From an uncultured Gammaproteobacteria bacterium (GTDB lineage: Bacteria > Patescibacteriota > Microgenomatia > UBA10105 > UBA927): a stretch of DNA of 64,000 nucleotides. The position numbers were made by a program, and so were the translations under genes. Positions 38,074-47,566 of the stretch are shown here, one piece after another. The stretch lies in assembly GCA_964553825.1 (NCBI GenBank), contig CAZKLT010000002.1:66068-130067 (forward strand), given 5' to 3'. Under the pieces are notes generated by a model. It did not search any database. It was not told the origin of the DNA and saw only the letters and a list, made by a program, of their open reading frames with translations. Numbering within the stretch: position 1 is the stretch's first letter; each line of letters opens with the position of its first letter.

Positions 38074-38915
38074 TCCCCAGCCGTAACAGACATGATATTA
38101 ACCTCTATTGCGTATTTCGGAAACTGAACGCGTATCCTATTGCCAATCTCTACAGGTTGATAAAAATTAAAATATTTCATGTTTCCATCCCTCATAACGC
38201 GCATTTTTATTTTTATTGTCGCGTCGCGTAGAAGCGGATTTTTCCGATGAAGCGTCTCACCGGCCCATGTGGTTGTCATGACATCGGCATTTTCCACATG
38301 AACGTCCAACACCTGAGCGACAAGCTGTCCATTGTTGTCCGCAACCGTATCGCCCACAGTAATAGCTGCGGCTTCCCAAGGCTGGATATGTATCGCCTTG
38401 CCCACAACGTCTATATACTCGGGGTTCCATGCGCTTCCCACGCCCTCAATGCCGACGATCTGTCCGATGAGTGCAATGTTATTGGGTGCAAAATGAATAG
38501 TTTTTCCAATTTGAAGCGTTTCCTGCTTAAATGTATATGTCTTTGTAAGCACATTTTGTTTCGCCAGAAGGCGCACTTTCATCCACATAAATTTTCGGTC
38601 ATCCTCTCCATACTTCACCAGGTCAGTAATTTCCGCGGTTAATTTTCGGAACGAATCATGTTCTTTGGCGCCAATCGCCAGGTCTCGCGCATTCCAATAA
38701 TAGGGAGGGGGGACGCCCCACCACCACTCGCCACCGGAAGCAAGAAGTTCAACGGTAACATATGTGTCTTTCTGCAAGACAAGCTTGACGGCAACACCTA
38801 TTCCAGTCAGCAGCATGACAATACAAAGGAGAATAACAATATCAACTCGGGTCAGATATCCCTTGACGAAATATTTAGAAAAGCGCTTCCCCAGATTGTT
38901 CACAAATGAATTCAT
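38070..38915 (-). CDS. Hypothetical membrane-anchored protein (N-terminal TM, extracytoplasmic beta-rich domain)
   Basis: TM VDIVILLCIVMLLTGIGVAV, then a soluble domain with no recognised motifs. 281 aa. Confidence 0.35.
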   Translation of the reverse strand: MNSFVNNLGKRFSKYFVKGYLTRVDIVILLCIVMLLTGIGVAVKLVLQKDTYVTVELLASGGEWWWGVPPPYYWNARDLAIGAKEHDSFRKLTAEITDLVKYGEDDRKFMWMKVRLLAKQNVLTKTYTFKQETLQIGKTIHFAPNNIALIGQIVGIEGVGSAWNPEYIDVVGKAIHIQPWEAAAITVGDTVADNNGQLVAQVLDVHVENADVMTTTWAGETLHRKNPLLRDATIKIKMRVMRDGNMKYFNFYQPVEIGNRIRVQFPKYAIEVNIMSVTAGD

Positions 38916-38931
38916 AGATGATGATCACGCA

Positions 38932-40941
38932 TTATATAAACAAATACAGGAAATCACCAGGCGGGGCAACTTCTGCTGATTCTTCCTGACACTGTTTTTT
39001 GGGAGAAGCAAACTTCTGACAGAACTCGAGCACTTCATGCGCCTTCTGAGAATCACCACCAACATGATAGTAATATCGCGCCAGATCAATATGGATAAAG
39101 CCAAGATCAGGATATATGTCGCGGGCAAACAGTAAAAGTGACTCTGCAAGTTTGCTATCAGAAGGCATCGCCTCCAAGGCGAGCACATACGCTGCGCCCG
39201 CATACCCCTCTCTCCATTGCGGCTTGGCACGACCATATACTTGCTGCAGAGCGGTTCCAATCCGGATTGATATGTTTTCCAAGGAAAAAAGATCGCTCCG
39301 TCCGTTGCGTGGCCACTGGCGCTCAAATAACCGAATAACCGCTTCTCCCGCCTCCTCAGAAGATAAAAACTTCGCTACATATCCGAGGTAAGAGGAGATA
39401 TACATTTGGTTGTGGGGGTCACCGTCCATGGTGCGGGCATACCACATCTTGGCCTCCGCTTCGTTCTTGTCGATGGAATAAGTTGCCATTGCATAGGCAA
39501 CTTCGGGATCCTTCCTGTGAAAAAAAGCAATTAGGCGCTCGGGCGCTCCCGCGCGATACCGTCTTGCTTCAGATTCTTGCCGGAGATAATCCAATGCACT
39601 CGTTACCATGTGGGGCTGCAAGATATAGGCAGTCCGGTAGTCCTTCCAAACCACACCAAAAAGCGTAGCTATCACCGCAAAACAGTAATATACTCCCAAA
39701 ATTCCCGAAAACAAGCTCGGTGAAAAAAAATGCTCTCCGTGAGCATCACTACGCTCATATATCGCAACACGCCGATAGAGAACTCCCAGCGTTGCCCAAA
39801 AAAGAATCCATATAACAAGAAAGTCCAAAAGCATCTCAAAAAAACTGTATACAAGTACGAGTATCACAGCGTGAAAAAGCGCGGTGCGCGCCCGATCAGA
39901 CTCCTTTTTTGTTTTCCTGCCCCGCATAATGAGAAAAAGGGGGTACCCCACGGCCGCACTCACACTCAAAAGTCCTATTAAGCCGGTTTCCGACAAGGTC
40001 TGAAGGAAAAAACTATGCGCATACCAGGAGTTGGTAGAAGAGGCTTTTTGATATTTCCGGGATATAAGATAATACGTGCCCGGTCCAAAACCGGTAATTG
40101 GCCGGTGGACAAATGCGCTTGCTGCCTGACTCCAGTACTGGATCCTGCTTTGAAGAGCAGCTCCTTTTGACGCCGATCCCGGCAAAATCGATGGCCGCGC
40201 CAAAACAACGAACAGCATACACACCGCAAGAAGCCCTCCGACAGCAACCAGTTTTTTCTTTTCAAGGTGTGACCTCAGTGAAAAAAGAAACCACGCACCA
40301 TACGCCAAAAAAACAACAATCGCACCTCTGGCCCTGGATAGCACAACGGCTGCGCCAAAGCTGAAAAAAGCCGCCCAAACAGCAGGACTCCGAGCGGAAA
40401 ATAATTCCCCTACGATAAAGGGCAGGACAAAAATAATGATATCAACGATATGATTGTGACCATAAACCGGAAATAATAGATTCATGCCCGGCAGAAACGC
40501 TCCGAGCCGAGAAAACGCAAGCACAATAAACGACGCTCCCACACACCCCGCCGCAAAAACAAGAAGTCCTCGTACAAAAGTTGCGGCTTGAACTTCTTTC
40601 TGGGAAAATGCAAAATATCCAAACGCCATGAAGGCGATACTGTAACGAACCAAACTCGTAACAGAATACCCCGGACTGTCAGAAATAAATACGCTAATAA
40701 AAAAATAGACGAAAAGCGTCCCCCACACAATTCGGAATGCCCTTGTGGGTTTAAGAAATGAGACCCCTGAAATGAGCGCAATAAGATAAAGTGCAAGAAT
40801 AAATGCGACACCAGCGACGTCTATTGTCCCTTGTTTATCGTCACCGAGAAATACCAAAAAGAATAACCCAACGAAAAATACAAGGACTTTCAAAAAAAAT
40901 AGGCGGAAGAAATTCATACCAAGTTTACAAAAACAGATCAC
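38932..40941 (-). CDS. O-antigen ligase/Wzy-like polytopic membrane domain fused to a C-terminal TPR/Sel1-like repeat region
   Basis: 669 aa. The N-terminal roughly 400 aa have at least 10 TM helices. The C-terminal roughly 230 aa are helical repeats (AYAMATYSIDKNEAEAKMWYARTMDGDP..., ARYYYHVGGDSQKAHEVLEF). Confidence 0.45.
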   Translation of the reverse strand: MICFCKLGMNFFRLFFLKVLVFFVGLFFLVFLGDDKQGTIDVAGVAFILALYLIALISGVSFLKPTRAFRIVWGTLFVYFFISVFISDSPGYSVTSLVRYSIAFMAFGYFAFSQKEVQAATFVRGLLVFAAGCVGASFIVLAFSRLGAFLPGMNLLFPVYGHNHIVDIIIFVLPFIVGELFSARSPAVWAAFFSFGAAVVLSRARGAIVVFLAYGAWFLFSLRSHLEKKKLVAVGGLLAVCMLFVVLARPSILPGSASKGAALQSRIQYWSQAASAFVHRPITGFGPGTYYLISRKYQKASSTNSWYAHSFFLQTLSETGLIGLLSVSAAVGYPLFLIMRGRKTKKESDRARTALFHAVILVLVYSFFEMLLDFLVIWILFWATLGVLYRRVAIYERSDAHGEHFFSPSLFSGILGVYYCFAVIATLFGVVWKDYRTAYILQPHMVTSALDYLRQESEARRYRAGAPERLIAFFHRKDPEVAYAMATYSIDKNEAEAKMWYARTMDGDPHNQMYISSYLGYVAKFLSSEEAGEAVIRLFERQWPRNGRSDLFSLENISIRIGTALQQVYGRAKPQWREGYAGAAYVLALEAMPSDSKLAESLLLFARDIYPDLGFIHIDLARYYYHVGGDSQKAHEVLEFCQKFASPKKQCQEESAEVAPPGDFLYLFI

Positions 40942-41965
40942 TCCATCGCACCATTGCCAATCTTAACCTGTCGAAGTAGTCGGTTTTAGGAAAATTGATA
41001 CGCTCTGCCATCTCCCGGTAACAGGCGGCGGGGGTTTTTTGCGTGAGCTCTACTGCTGCAATCCGCTCCCAGAGGACCTCGTTGACGGCAAGGCCGCTTT
41101 TTTCCTTAATTAAATTCTTCTGAGGGTCCGACGCTTTTCGGTGCTCTACAAATGGGGATCCGTTGGCTACGGCCCACCCGAGATGATCAAGAACTTTTTT
41201 TGTAAATATTCCCGCCCAAATATCATCAAACCGGTCAAATCCCCAGGCGTTTCCCAGCGGGTCATATCCCATGAGCGGAAAATACATAAGCGGCGTGACC
41301 TCACGGGTGAAAGCGAGATTCATGGAACTCATGGGAAAATACTCACCCCTGGGAACAAAACTCCGCAATAGGGGATATGCAGGAATGTTGACATCGCCGA
41401 TGGTGAGCTGCGTCTGCGCGTCCATGTCCATCTTGTTTGACCAAAGCCCGTGGTTCACGACAACCCGGCGCTTCCCACGAATTGCATACGGGAAACCCCG
41501 CGTGTAGAGATACGCAGGGTGGGGAAACGTAGGGAACCAGCCTTCAGGAGCAGAGGCGGCCAGAGCATCAAGATGTTTCTCAACAAACTGCTCTTCGGCC
41601 GGAAAACAGTCATCGTCGAGCGTGAGTATCACGTCAGCGCCAAGGGTATACGCTTTCCAAAACCCAAACGACCGGATTCCTGCGTTCTGACGGGAAAAAA
41701 TCCACTCATCCACTCCAAACTCCGAAGCGATATCTCTCCAATCAACATGATGAATGGAGGCAAACTGCCCGGACGGAGACTTCACCGTTTTTGCCGGACG
41801 ATCCTCAACAATAAGGAGGTGGCAATCGCGAAATTGTCCCTGCCACTCTGCAAGAAAATCAAGATTACGAATTGTGGGAATAACAAGAAATACTTTCATC
41901 TTGTGCCGAAAAGAAATCTTTCTAAGGGTATCACACGCGCCCACGCATAGGGAAGTGCGCCTCAT
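40925..41965 (-). CDS. Reversibly-glycosylated-polypeptide (RGP)/GT75-like protein (UDP-arabinopyranose-mutase-like fold)
   Basis: LIVEDRPAK... and the DxD context VILTLDDDCFP resemble the RGP family core. The likely start is the internal MKVFLVIPTIRN. This is a remembered motif similarity, not a computed alignment. Confidence 0.4.
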   Translation of the reverse strand: MRRTSLCVGACDTLRKISFRHKMKVFLVIPTIRNLDFLAEWQGQFRDCHLLIVEDRPAKTVKSPSGQFASIHHVDWRDIASEFGVDEWIFSRQNAGIRSFGFWKAYTLGADVILTLDDDCFPAEEQFVEKHLDALAASAPEGWFPTFPHPAYLYTRGFPYAIRGKRRVVVNHGLWSNKMDMDAQTQLTIGDVNIPAYPLLRSFVPRGEYFPMSSMNLAFTREVTPLMYFPLMGYDPLGNAWGFDRFDDIWAGIFTKKVLDHLGWAVANGSPFVEHRKASDPQKNLIKEKSGLAVNEVLWERIAAVELTQKTPAACYREMAERINFPKTDYFDRLRLAMVRWSDLFL

Positions 41966-44841
41966 TCATCAAACACTATTTTAACGGCAATATCCAAAAG
42001 AAATGGCGGCGTTACGACATCGAGCCTTCCTGCGGGAACATGGGCCTCACCCAACAACACGCCTGTCGCCGCATCGTGCCAGCTTAGCGTACCGCTTTTT
42101 GGCGACTGGAAAGACACGACTGTGCTCTTTTTTTCGCTTCGATCAGTGACGTAAAGGAAATATCCCCACAGCCCTGCTGTATCAACAAGTCCGTGCCCAC
42201 GGACAGAAGTATCTGATTCAAACACGACCTGCTTGGCGTTAATCCCGATATCTTTTACAAACGTATTTACCGTTCGCATTGTCGCGCGCTCCTCTCGTCC
42301 TATATATTGATTTCCGTTCATGTCTGATCGGGCAGGTGTATAATTTTTGATGCCTGACGTGCTCCAAAATATAGCGCCAACCCCATGCATGACCGCGGTC
42401 CACGCGCGCACCCGCATGCGGGCGGCTGATAGCACGTCCCAGTTTGCTGTTTTGTTCCCCAGCTCACCAAATATCACAGGCTTCCCGCTCACGGAGGCTT
42501 CCCGCGCGTTCATTCTCGTGAGAAGCGCAAGATCAGAGGAGCCGGGATTCTCGTTGGCATACCAATGAGGTGAAACGATATCTATCACAGAAAGATCTGG
42601 CCGCTCCCAGCTTATGCTCACCGGGCGCTTTTCCTGATCTATCGTTTTCAGATATCCGACAAGCTCTTCTATAACCATGTCGCGTGTGTCCGCCTCGTTG
42701 GTTAACTCCCAAATACTAACAAATGCGCCGTACCGGGCGAGAACATATCGGATGTATTGTTTTGCCAAGAATGAAGGCAGGGGAGATGCGCTCCACATTG
42801 TCTCACCCGGCACTCCTGGCTCAAATAGCGTCATCCACACGCGAAGGTCATGTGTCGCAGCAGACCGCACCAATCGGTCTGCTGCCTTGCCCTCAAACAG
42901 AAGCGTGCGGTTCTGCCCTGGAATCAAATCTTCAGAAAGACCAAAAGAAGCATTATTCGGTCCCCATCGAAATATCGTAAACATCCTTCCACCTTCTGAG
43001 TGCAACCGCATAAAATCGTCTACCGCGTGATTCTGGTCACGCCCGCCCGCAGACCCGGTCGCCTCTCCGATCGTAAAATCATCCAACGGATTTCCATTTG
43101 CATTGAAGTCCATCTGTGTGGTTTCGATGCCGAGCGCGGGAAACATGCGCATACCGTCCTCTGAAAGTCTCCCAATACCGCCGGATTGGTACACTGTTTT
43201 CAGGCGCGCTATATCAGAGGAGGAACGACTCACCAGGAATCCCTTTTGACTCAGGCTGTCCCCGTCGGGAAAATTGAACCGTATCTCATACTCCCATCTT
43301 CCCTCCGAAGGTGGGTTAAAAACAATTTTCCAGACATCCTTATCGTAATAGTATCCATACATGGAAACGGTCTTTCCGTTTCCACTGAAAACTGCCTCTG
43401 TCTGAATGTCGTTCCATGGCGCAAGGAACTGATCTTCAGGATACGTAATAGTAAATTCGCTTATAGTATTTTTGCCAACTTCGTGTTCTTCCCTTGTGAT
43501 TGAAAAGTCATGGCTCCCTCGTTTTTGCGGAATTTTCCCATCAAGAACCAAAAGCGTATACATGTCGCCATTTGCGTTTCCAAACCGAAGATGTCGTGAG
43601 CCAACAACCGCAGGCGAAACTATTGGCCCACTTGAACGAAATTTCCATGCGACAACGCCACGTGCATCGTCTATTGCGAGCATCACCCCTTCGTGGTCGC
43701 CTACATAAAGCGTGCGGACGCAAAAACTGCCCAATATATTCATCGGAATAATTGCCACTAGGGGATTGCGACAACCCACAGCGGGCGCAGAACCAAGTCG
43801 GACAGACTGGACATGCTCCCACGCAATGCGTCCCGTAGCAATTTCTATCTTTGTGAGCCGGTGATCTCTTCCGGCTGTGACAAGCCACAGGGAGCCATCA
43901 TGCGTCACGGGCGGCGTCACGATACTACCGGCAAGCGAAAGCGTATACGCTTCTTGGCCCGTGTGAACGTCTCTTGCTGTCACGGTCCCGTCTGCCTGGC
44001 TCACTATAACCAAAGGGGTACGGAAAAATCCTCCTTTTTTCAACCCAAAGGTCACGTATGTTTGACTTGACGCGTTTGGTGCTTCCCACAGGGGTGTTCC
44101 GTCTTCAGAAAGTCTCACAAGCAGCCCCCTGGCTCCCGAGGCAACGAGTGTATGCTCATCGTATACAAGCGCATTCACACGCGATCCCAGTGGGCGTTCC
44201 CACAGTTTGCTCCCGTCTTTTTGAGAAAAGGCCATCACCACGCCGGCGTGCCCTCCCACAATAATTTTCGCAGGAATCATCACAATATTGCTAAACCATG
44301 CGCTCCCACCCGTGACACCCTGAGAACTCAACATATCAGGCGTTGCCGTGCTCCACACCCTTTCTCCGTTCTGAGCATTAAACGCATGCAGCGTGCCTCC
44401 GCTGTCTCCGATAAAGAATCTATCGTCAACAAGAAGCGGGTTGGTGAAAAAAACATATCCGTTGTCCAGCGTGTAACGCCATATTTCCTTTCCATTCTCA
44501 GCACGACGGGCAAACACCGTGTCGCCGGAGGCCCCATAAACCCGCCCGTGATGAAAAATCTCACGGTCTTGTGGTTGTGCCCAGAACCGAATGAAGGTTG
44601 GGGAAGAAACAAACGGTATGCCCGTGTGAATTCGCCATTGACTGTCCCTGTGCGTGACCACGCCTGCCAAAATCATCGTCACAAGGAAAAGGGCGCCTCC
44701 CAGAAGGAAAAATTTCCCTTTATCGCTATTTATTTCCTCGATCACAAGCCTAGTATATGCGGGCGCCTCTGGGTGCGCTGTACGATATCCCATGTTCTCC
44801 AAAAGCAGGGAGTTGTCTTGACAGCGTTTCATTTTTCTCAT
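41962..44841 (-). CDS. Membrane-anchored extracytoplasmic protein: N-terminal TM, PQQ/BamB-like beta-propeller repeats, C-terminal clan GH-A (GH5-like TIM-barrel) glycoside hydrolase domain
   Basis: TM KFFLLGGALFLVTMILAGVV. Repeated G(T/S)L.A.....G...W motifs (GGTLHAFNAQNGERVWS, DGTVTARDVHTGQEAY, GRIAWEH) are PQQ-propeller-like. The C-terminal domain carries WELTNEAD (the acid/base NE motif) and PVIFGELG (the nucleophile Glu context), as in GH5. Confidence 0.5.
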   Translation of the reverse strand: MRKMKRCQDNSLLLENMGYRTAHPEAPAYTRLVIEEINSDKGKFFLLGGALFLVTMILAGVVTHRDSQWRIHTGIPFVSSPTFIRFWAQPQDREIFHHGRVYGASGDTVFARRAENGKEIWRYTLDNGYVFFTNPLLVDDRFFIGDSGGTLHAFNAQNGERVWSTATPDMLSSQGVTGGSAWFSNIVMIPAKIIVGGHAGVVMAFSQKDGSKLWERPLGSRVNALVYDEHTLVASGARGLLVRLSEDGTPLWEAPNASSQTYVTFGLKKGGFFRTPLVIVSQADGTVTARDVHTGQEAYTLSLAGSIVTPPVTHDGSLWLVTAGRDHRLTKIEIATGRIAWEHVQSVRLGSAPAVGCRNPLVAIIPMNILGSFCVRTLYVGDHEGVMLAIDDARGVVAWKFRSSGPIVSPAVVGSRHLRFGNANGDMYTLLVLDGKIPQKRGSHDFSITREEHEVGKNTISEFTITYPEDQFLAPWNDIQTEAVFSGNGKTVSMYGYYYDKDVWKIVFNPPSEGRWEYEIRFNFPDGDSLSQKGFLVSRSSSDIARLKTVYQSGGIGRLSEDGMRMFPALGIETTQMDFNANGNPLDDFTIGEATGSAGGRDQNHAVDDFMRLHSEGGRMFTIFRWGPNNASFGLSEDLIPGQNRTLLFEGKAADRLVRSAATHDLRVWMTLFEPGVPGETMWSASPLPSFLAKQYIRYVLARYGAFVSIWELTNEADTRDMVIEELVGYLKTIDQEKRPVSISWERPDLSVIDIVSPHWYANENPGSSDLALLTRMNAREASVSGKPVIFGELGNKTANWDVLSAARMRVRAWTAVMHGVGAIFWSTSGIKNYTPARSDMNGNQYIGREERATMRTVNTFVKDIGINAKQVVFESDTSVRGHGLVDTAGLWGYFLYVTDRSEKKSTVVSFQSPKSGTLSWHDAATGVLLGEAHVPAGRLDVVTPPFLLDIAVKIVFDE

Positions 44842-44845
44842 ACTA

Positions 44846-44864
44846 TGTGGACAACTTATCCACC
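44846..44864. promoter_or_regulatory. Two DnaA-box-like 9-mers upstream of dnaA (autoregulatory region)
   Basis: tgTGGACAA at 44846..44854 is the reverse complement TTGTCCACA. TTATCCACC lies at 44856..44864. Each has one mismatch to TTATCCACA. They sit 35-50 bp upstream of the dnaA ATG. Confidence 0.5.
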
Positions 44865-44897
44865 ATACTCCCGCCCGACTCGCCCTGGTGTAATCCT

Positions 44898-46259
44898 ATG
44901 GACACGGAAAAACTTTGGAAGTCTGTTTTGGCCGAAATAGAGCTCTCTGTTTCGAAGGCAACGTTTCAAACGCACTTTGCCAACGCCCGACTCATATCCC
45001 TTGTTGATGGGGTGGCAACGATTGCGTTTACCAGTCCTCTTATGCGAACGCTTGTTGAAACGCGGTACTATTCACTGGTTAAAAGCATCCTGGATCATCA
45101 CGCTGGCGGCAACACCAGCCTCGTTTTTTCGGTGGTGCCCAAAAAGGAAACACTCAAAGAAAGCGAGGTGGGACCCTTGTTTACTGAGTCCACGCCCGAG
45201 CCGACAATAAGCACGGCAGCCATTGCCCGCAGGCTCCACATCCGCCCCGATGCATCATTTGATAATTTCGCCGTTTCTACCACCAATCAAATGGCATACG
45301 CGGCGGCCACAGCAGTGGCCAAGTCTCCCGGCGTTGCATATAACCCTCTTTTTATTTACGGCGGCGTGGGAGTCGGAAAAACACACCTCATGCACGCCGT
45401 GGCCAATAGCATTCTTGCCAGAAAGCCCGGAGCCAGAGTTGTGTACTGTATGGGGGAAGAGTTTCTTAACGAGATCGTAGAGGCAATCCAAACAAAAACT
45501 GCAAGACAGTTTAAGCAAAAATATCGCACCGCAGAATTGCTTTTGGTCGATGACGTGCAGTTTATTGCGGGCAAACAGACCGCGCAGGAAGAATTTTTTC
45601 ACACATTTAACGCTGTGCACCGAGAGGGTGGACAGATCATTCTTATCTCCGACCGATCGCCTTCAGAAATATCAAAACTGGAAGACCGGCTCCGCAGCCG
45701 GTTTGAGGGCGGACTCACGGTTGATGTCGCAGCGCCCGACTTCGAACTTCGCGTTGCCATTATAAACATCAAGTCCGAAGTTTTAGGAATAACCGTTCCC
45801 TCTGATGCGGCTCAACTCATTGCCGCCAACCTTTCAGACACACGCGCCATTGAAGGCTTCCTGCGACGACTCGCCACAGAGGTGGCCACACGGAAAACTC
45901 CGATAACACCCGAGCTTGTTTCTTCGCTGTTGAGCCTGAAACCCGCAGGAGAATCGGTTAAAACCACCAGACGAATTCCTGCAACAGAAGTGCTCGACGC
46001 GGTCGCGCTCTATTTTGGCGTGAAAACAACGGCAATAAAGGGTCCGAAACGGGACCGTCCCCTTGCCCGCCCCAGACAGGTATTTATGTATCTCTGCCGA
46101 ACCGAGCTCGGACTGACGCTTGATGATATCGGCGGCGCCCTTGGCGGACGGGATCACACAACGGTTATGCATGGAGTAGAAACAATAACCCGCGAATTGT
46201 CCACAAACGAAAGATTAAGGGAGGCAGTGATGGGGATAAAACAGCGACTATGGGTATAG
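44898..46259 (+). CDS. dnaA: Chromosomal replication initiator protein DnaA
   Basis: N-terminal LWKSVLAEIE.., AAA+ Walker A GGVGVGKTHL, Walker B LLVDDVQF, sensor and C-terminal DNA-binding domain (...DIGGALGGRDHTTVMHG). The Met at 44898 (MDTEKLWK) was chosen. The listed ORF begins upstream at 44757, in a region that overlaps the divergent gene. Confidence 0.9.
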   Translation: MDTEKLWKSVLAEIELSVSKATFQTHFANARLISLVDGVATIAFTSPLMRTLVETRYYSLVKSILDHHAGGNTSLVFSVVPKKETLKESEVGPLFTESTPEPTISTAAIARRLHIRPDASFDNFAVSTTNQMAYAAATAVAKSPGVAYNPLFIYGGVGVGKTHLMHAVANSILARKPGARVVYCMGEEFLNEIVEAIQTKTARQFKQKYRTAELLLVDDVQFIAGKQTAQEEFFHTFNAVHREGGQIILISDRSPSEISKLEDRLRSRFEGGLTVDVAAPDFELRVAIINIKSEVLGITVPSDAAQLIAANLSDTRAIEGFLRRLATEVATRKTPITPELVSSLLSLKPAGESVKTTRRIPATEVLDAVALYFGVKTTAIKGPKRDRPLARPRQVFMYLCRTELGLTLDDIGGALGGRDHTTVMHGVETITRELSTNERLREAVMGIKQRLWV

Positions 46260-46459
46260 GCATGCTTACTTTTCCACTTTTCCACAAAAAGGTGTTCTTT
46301 ATCCACAACGTTATCCCCACGATCTTCACCCTGTTTTCTTCAAAAAATATCGCTAAATCGTCGCGCCCGAACAGCCCGTTGACACCCTCTCCGATTTGCC
46401 ATACACTTTTCCACGCCGCTCTTCTATTATTACTACTAATATAGATATTAGATAGCACG
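46260..46459. promoter_or_regulatory. Candidate oriC: dnaA-dnaN intergenic region with a DnaA-box cluster and an AT-rich unwinding element
   Basis: A perfect TTATCCACA at 46299..46307. TTTTCCACA at 46278..46286. TTATCCCCA at 46311..46319. Further degenerate TTTTCCAC(T/G) boxes at 46270 and 46407. An AT-rich run cttctattattactactaatatagatattagatag lies at about 46425..46457, just before the dnaN start. Confidence 0.6.
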
Positions 46460-47566
46460 ATGCTCATCTCAACACTTCAAGAAAACTTATTAAAAGCACT
46501 ATCCCGAACAGGGAGGATTGTGCCAATTAAACCACAGCTTCCTGTAACGGCAAACGTGCTTCTTGTAACCGAGGCGGGGAGACTGAGGATAACAGCGACG
46601 AACCTGGAAACAACAGAAACGATTTGGATCGGAGCAAAAGTGGAGAAAGAAGGAGGTATCTGTGTATCTTCCCGACTTTTCCTGGAGCTTGTATCTTCTC
46701 TTCCTCAATCTACCGTGGAGCTCGCCGTGAAAGACGGGAGTCTTACCGTGAAAACGAACGGCGTTAAAGCGAGCATCCCCGGAGTAGGAGCGGGGGAGTT
46801 TCCCCAGGTTTCACTCATAGACAAAAAATCAACGTCGTCGCTTGATAAAAAAGAGATTATCAGAGCGGTTGAGCAGGTGGTTTTTTCGGCAGCAACAGAC
46901 GAAGGAAGGCCGCTCTTGACCGGGGTCCGGATTTTGCAGAAAGACGACGAGACCCTTTTTGCCGCAACGGACGGATTTCGGCTATCGCTTAAACGGGCGA
47001 GTCTGACAACGAAAGACCCGCTTGATCTTCTGGTTCCCGCACGCGCCCTTTCAGAAGTGATAAAGGTTGCTCTTGAGGACAAAGAGACAACAGAGCTCCT
47101 TATGGGCAAGCCTGTAGATGGGCAATTAGCATTTCTTATTGGAGAAACCGAGATACACACGCGCCTTATAGAGGGAGACTACCCAAACTTCGAGAAGATT
47201 ATCCCGACAAAGTGGAACACGCGAGTGCTTATTGATAAAGACGCGCTTCTTCGGGCAACCAAGTCTGCCGCGATATTTGCCCGCGACAACGCAAATATTA
47301 TAAAGCTGCATATCGAAAACCAAACCGTTACGGTTTCAGCAAACACCCCGCAGGTCGGAGAAAACGAAGTAGATGTAGATGCCAAAGTGGACGGGGAAGG
47401 TGGCGACATGGCTATAAACAGCAGGTTTTTACTCGAATGCCTTTCGAACTTTCCGGGGGAAGAAGTGTTATTTGAGATGACAGGATCACTTAATCCCGGT
47501 GTTTTTAAATCGGCAAAAGACGCGTCATATCTTCATATTATCATGCCCGTGCGCGTGCAGGGTTAA
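46460..47566 (+). CDS. dnaN: DNA polymerase III beta sliding clamp
   Basis: 368 aa. N-terminal MLISTLQENLLKALSRTGRIVP and the three-domain clamp pattern. Position immediately downstream of dnaA. Confidence 0.85.
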   Translation: MLISTLQENLLKALSRTGRIVPIKPQLPVTANVLLVTEAGRLRITATNLETTETIWIGAKVEKEGGICVSSRLFLELVSSLPQSTVELAVKDGSLTVKTNGVKASIPGVGAGEFPQVSLIDKKSTSSLDKKEIIRAVEQVVFSAATDEGRPLLTGVRILQKDDETLFAATDGFRLSLKRASLTTKDPLDLLVPARALSEVIKVALEDKETTELLMGKPVDGQLAFLIGETEIHTRLIEGDYPNFEKIIPTKWNTRVLIDKDALLRATKSAAIFARDNANIIKLHIENQTVTVSANTPQVGENEVDVDAKVDGEGGDMAINSRFLLECLSNFPGEEVLFEMTGSLNPGVFKSAKDASYLHIIMPVRVQG

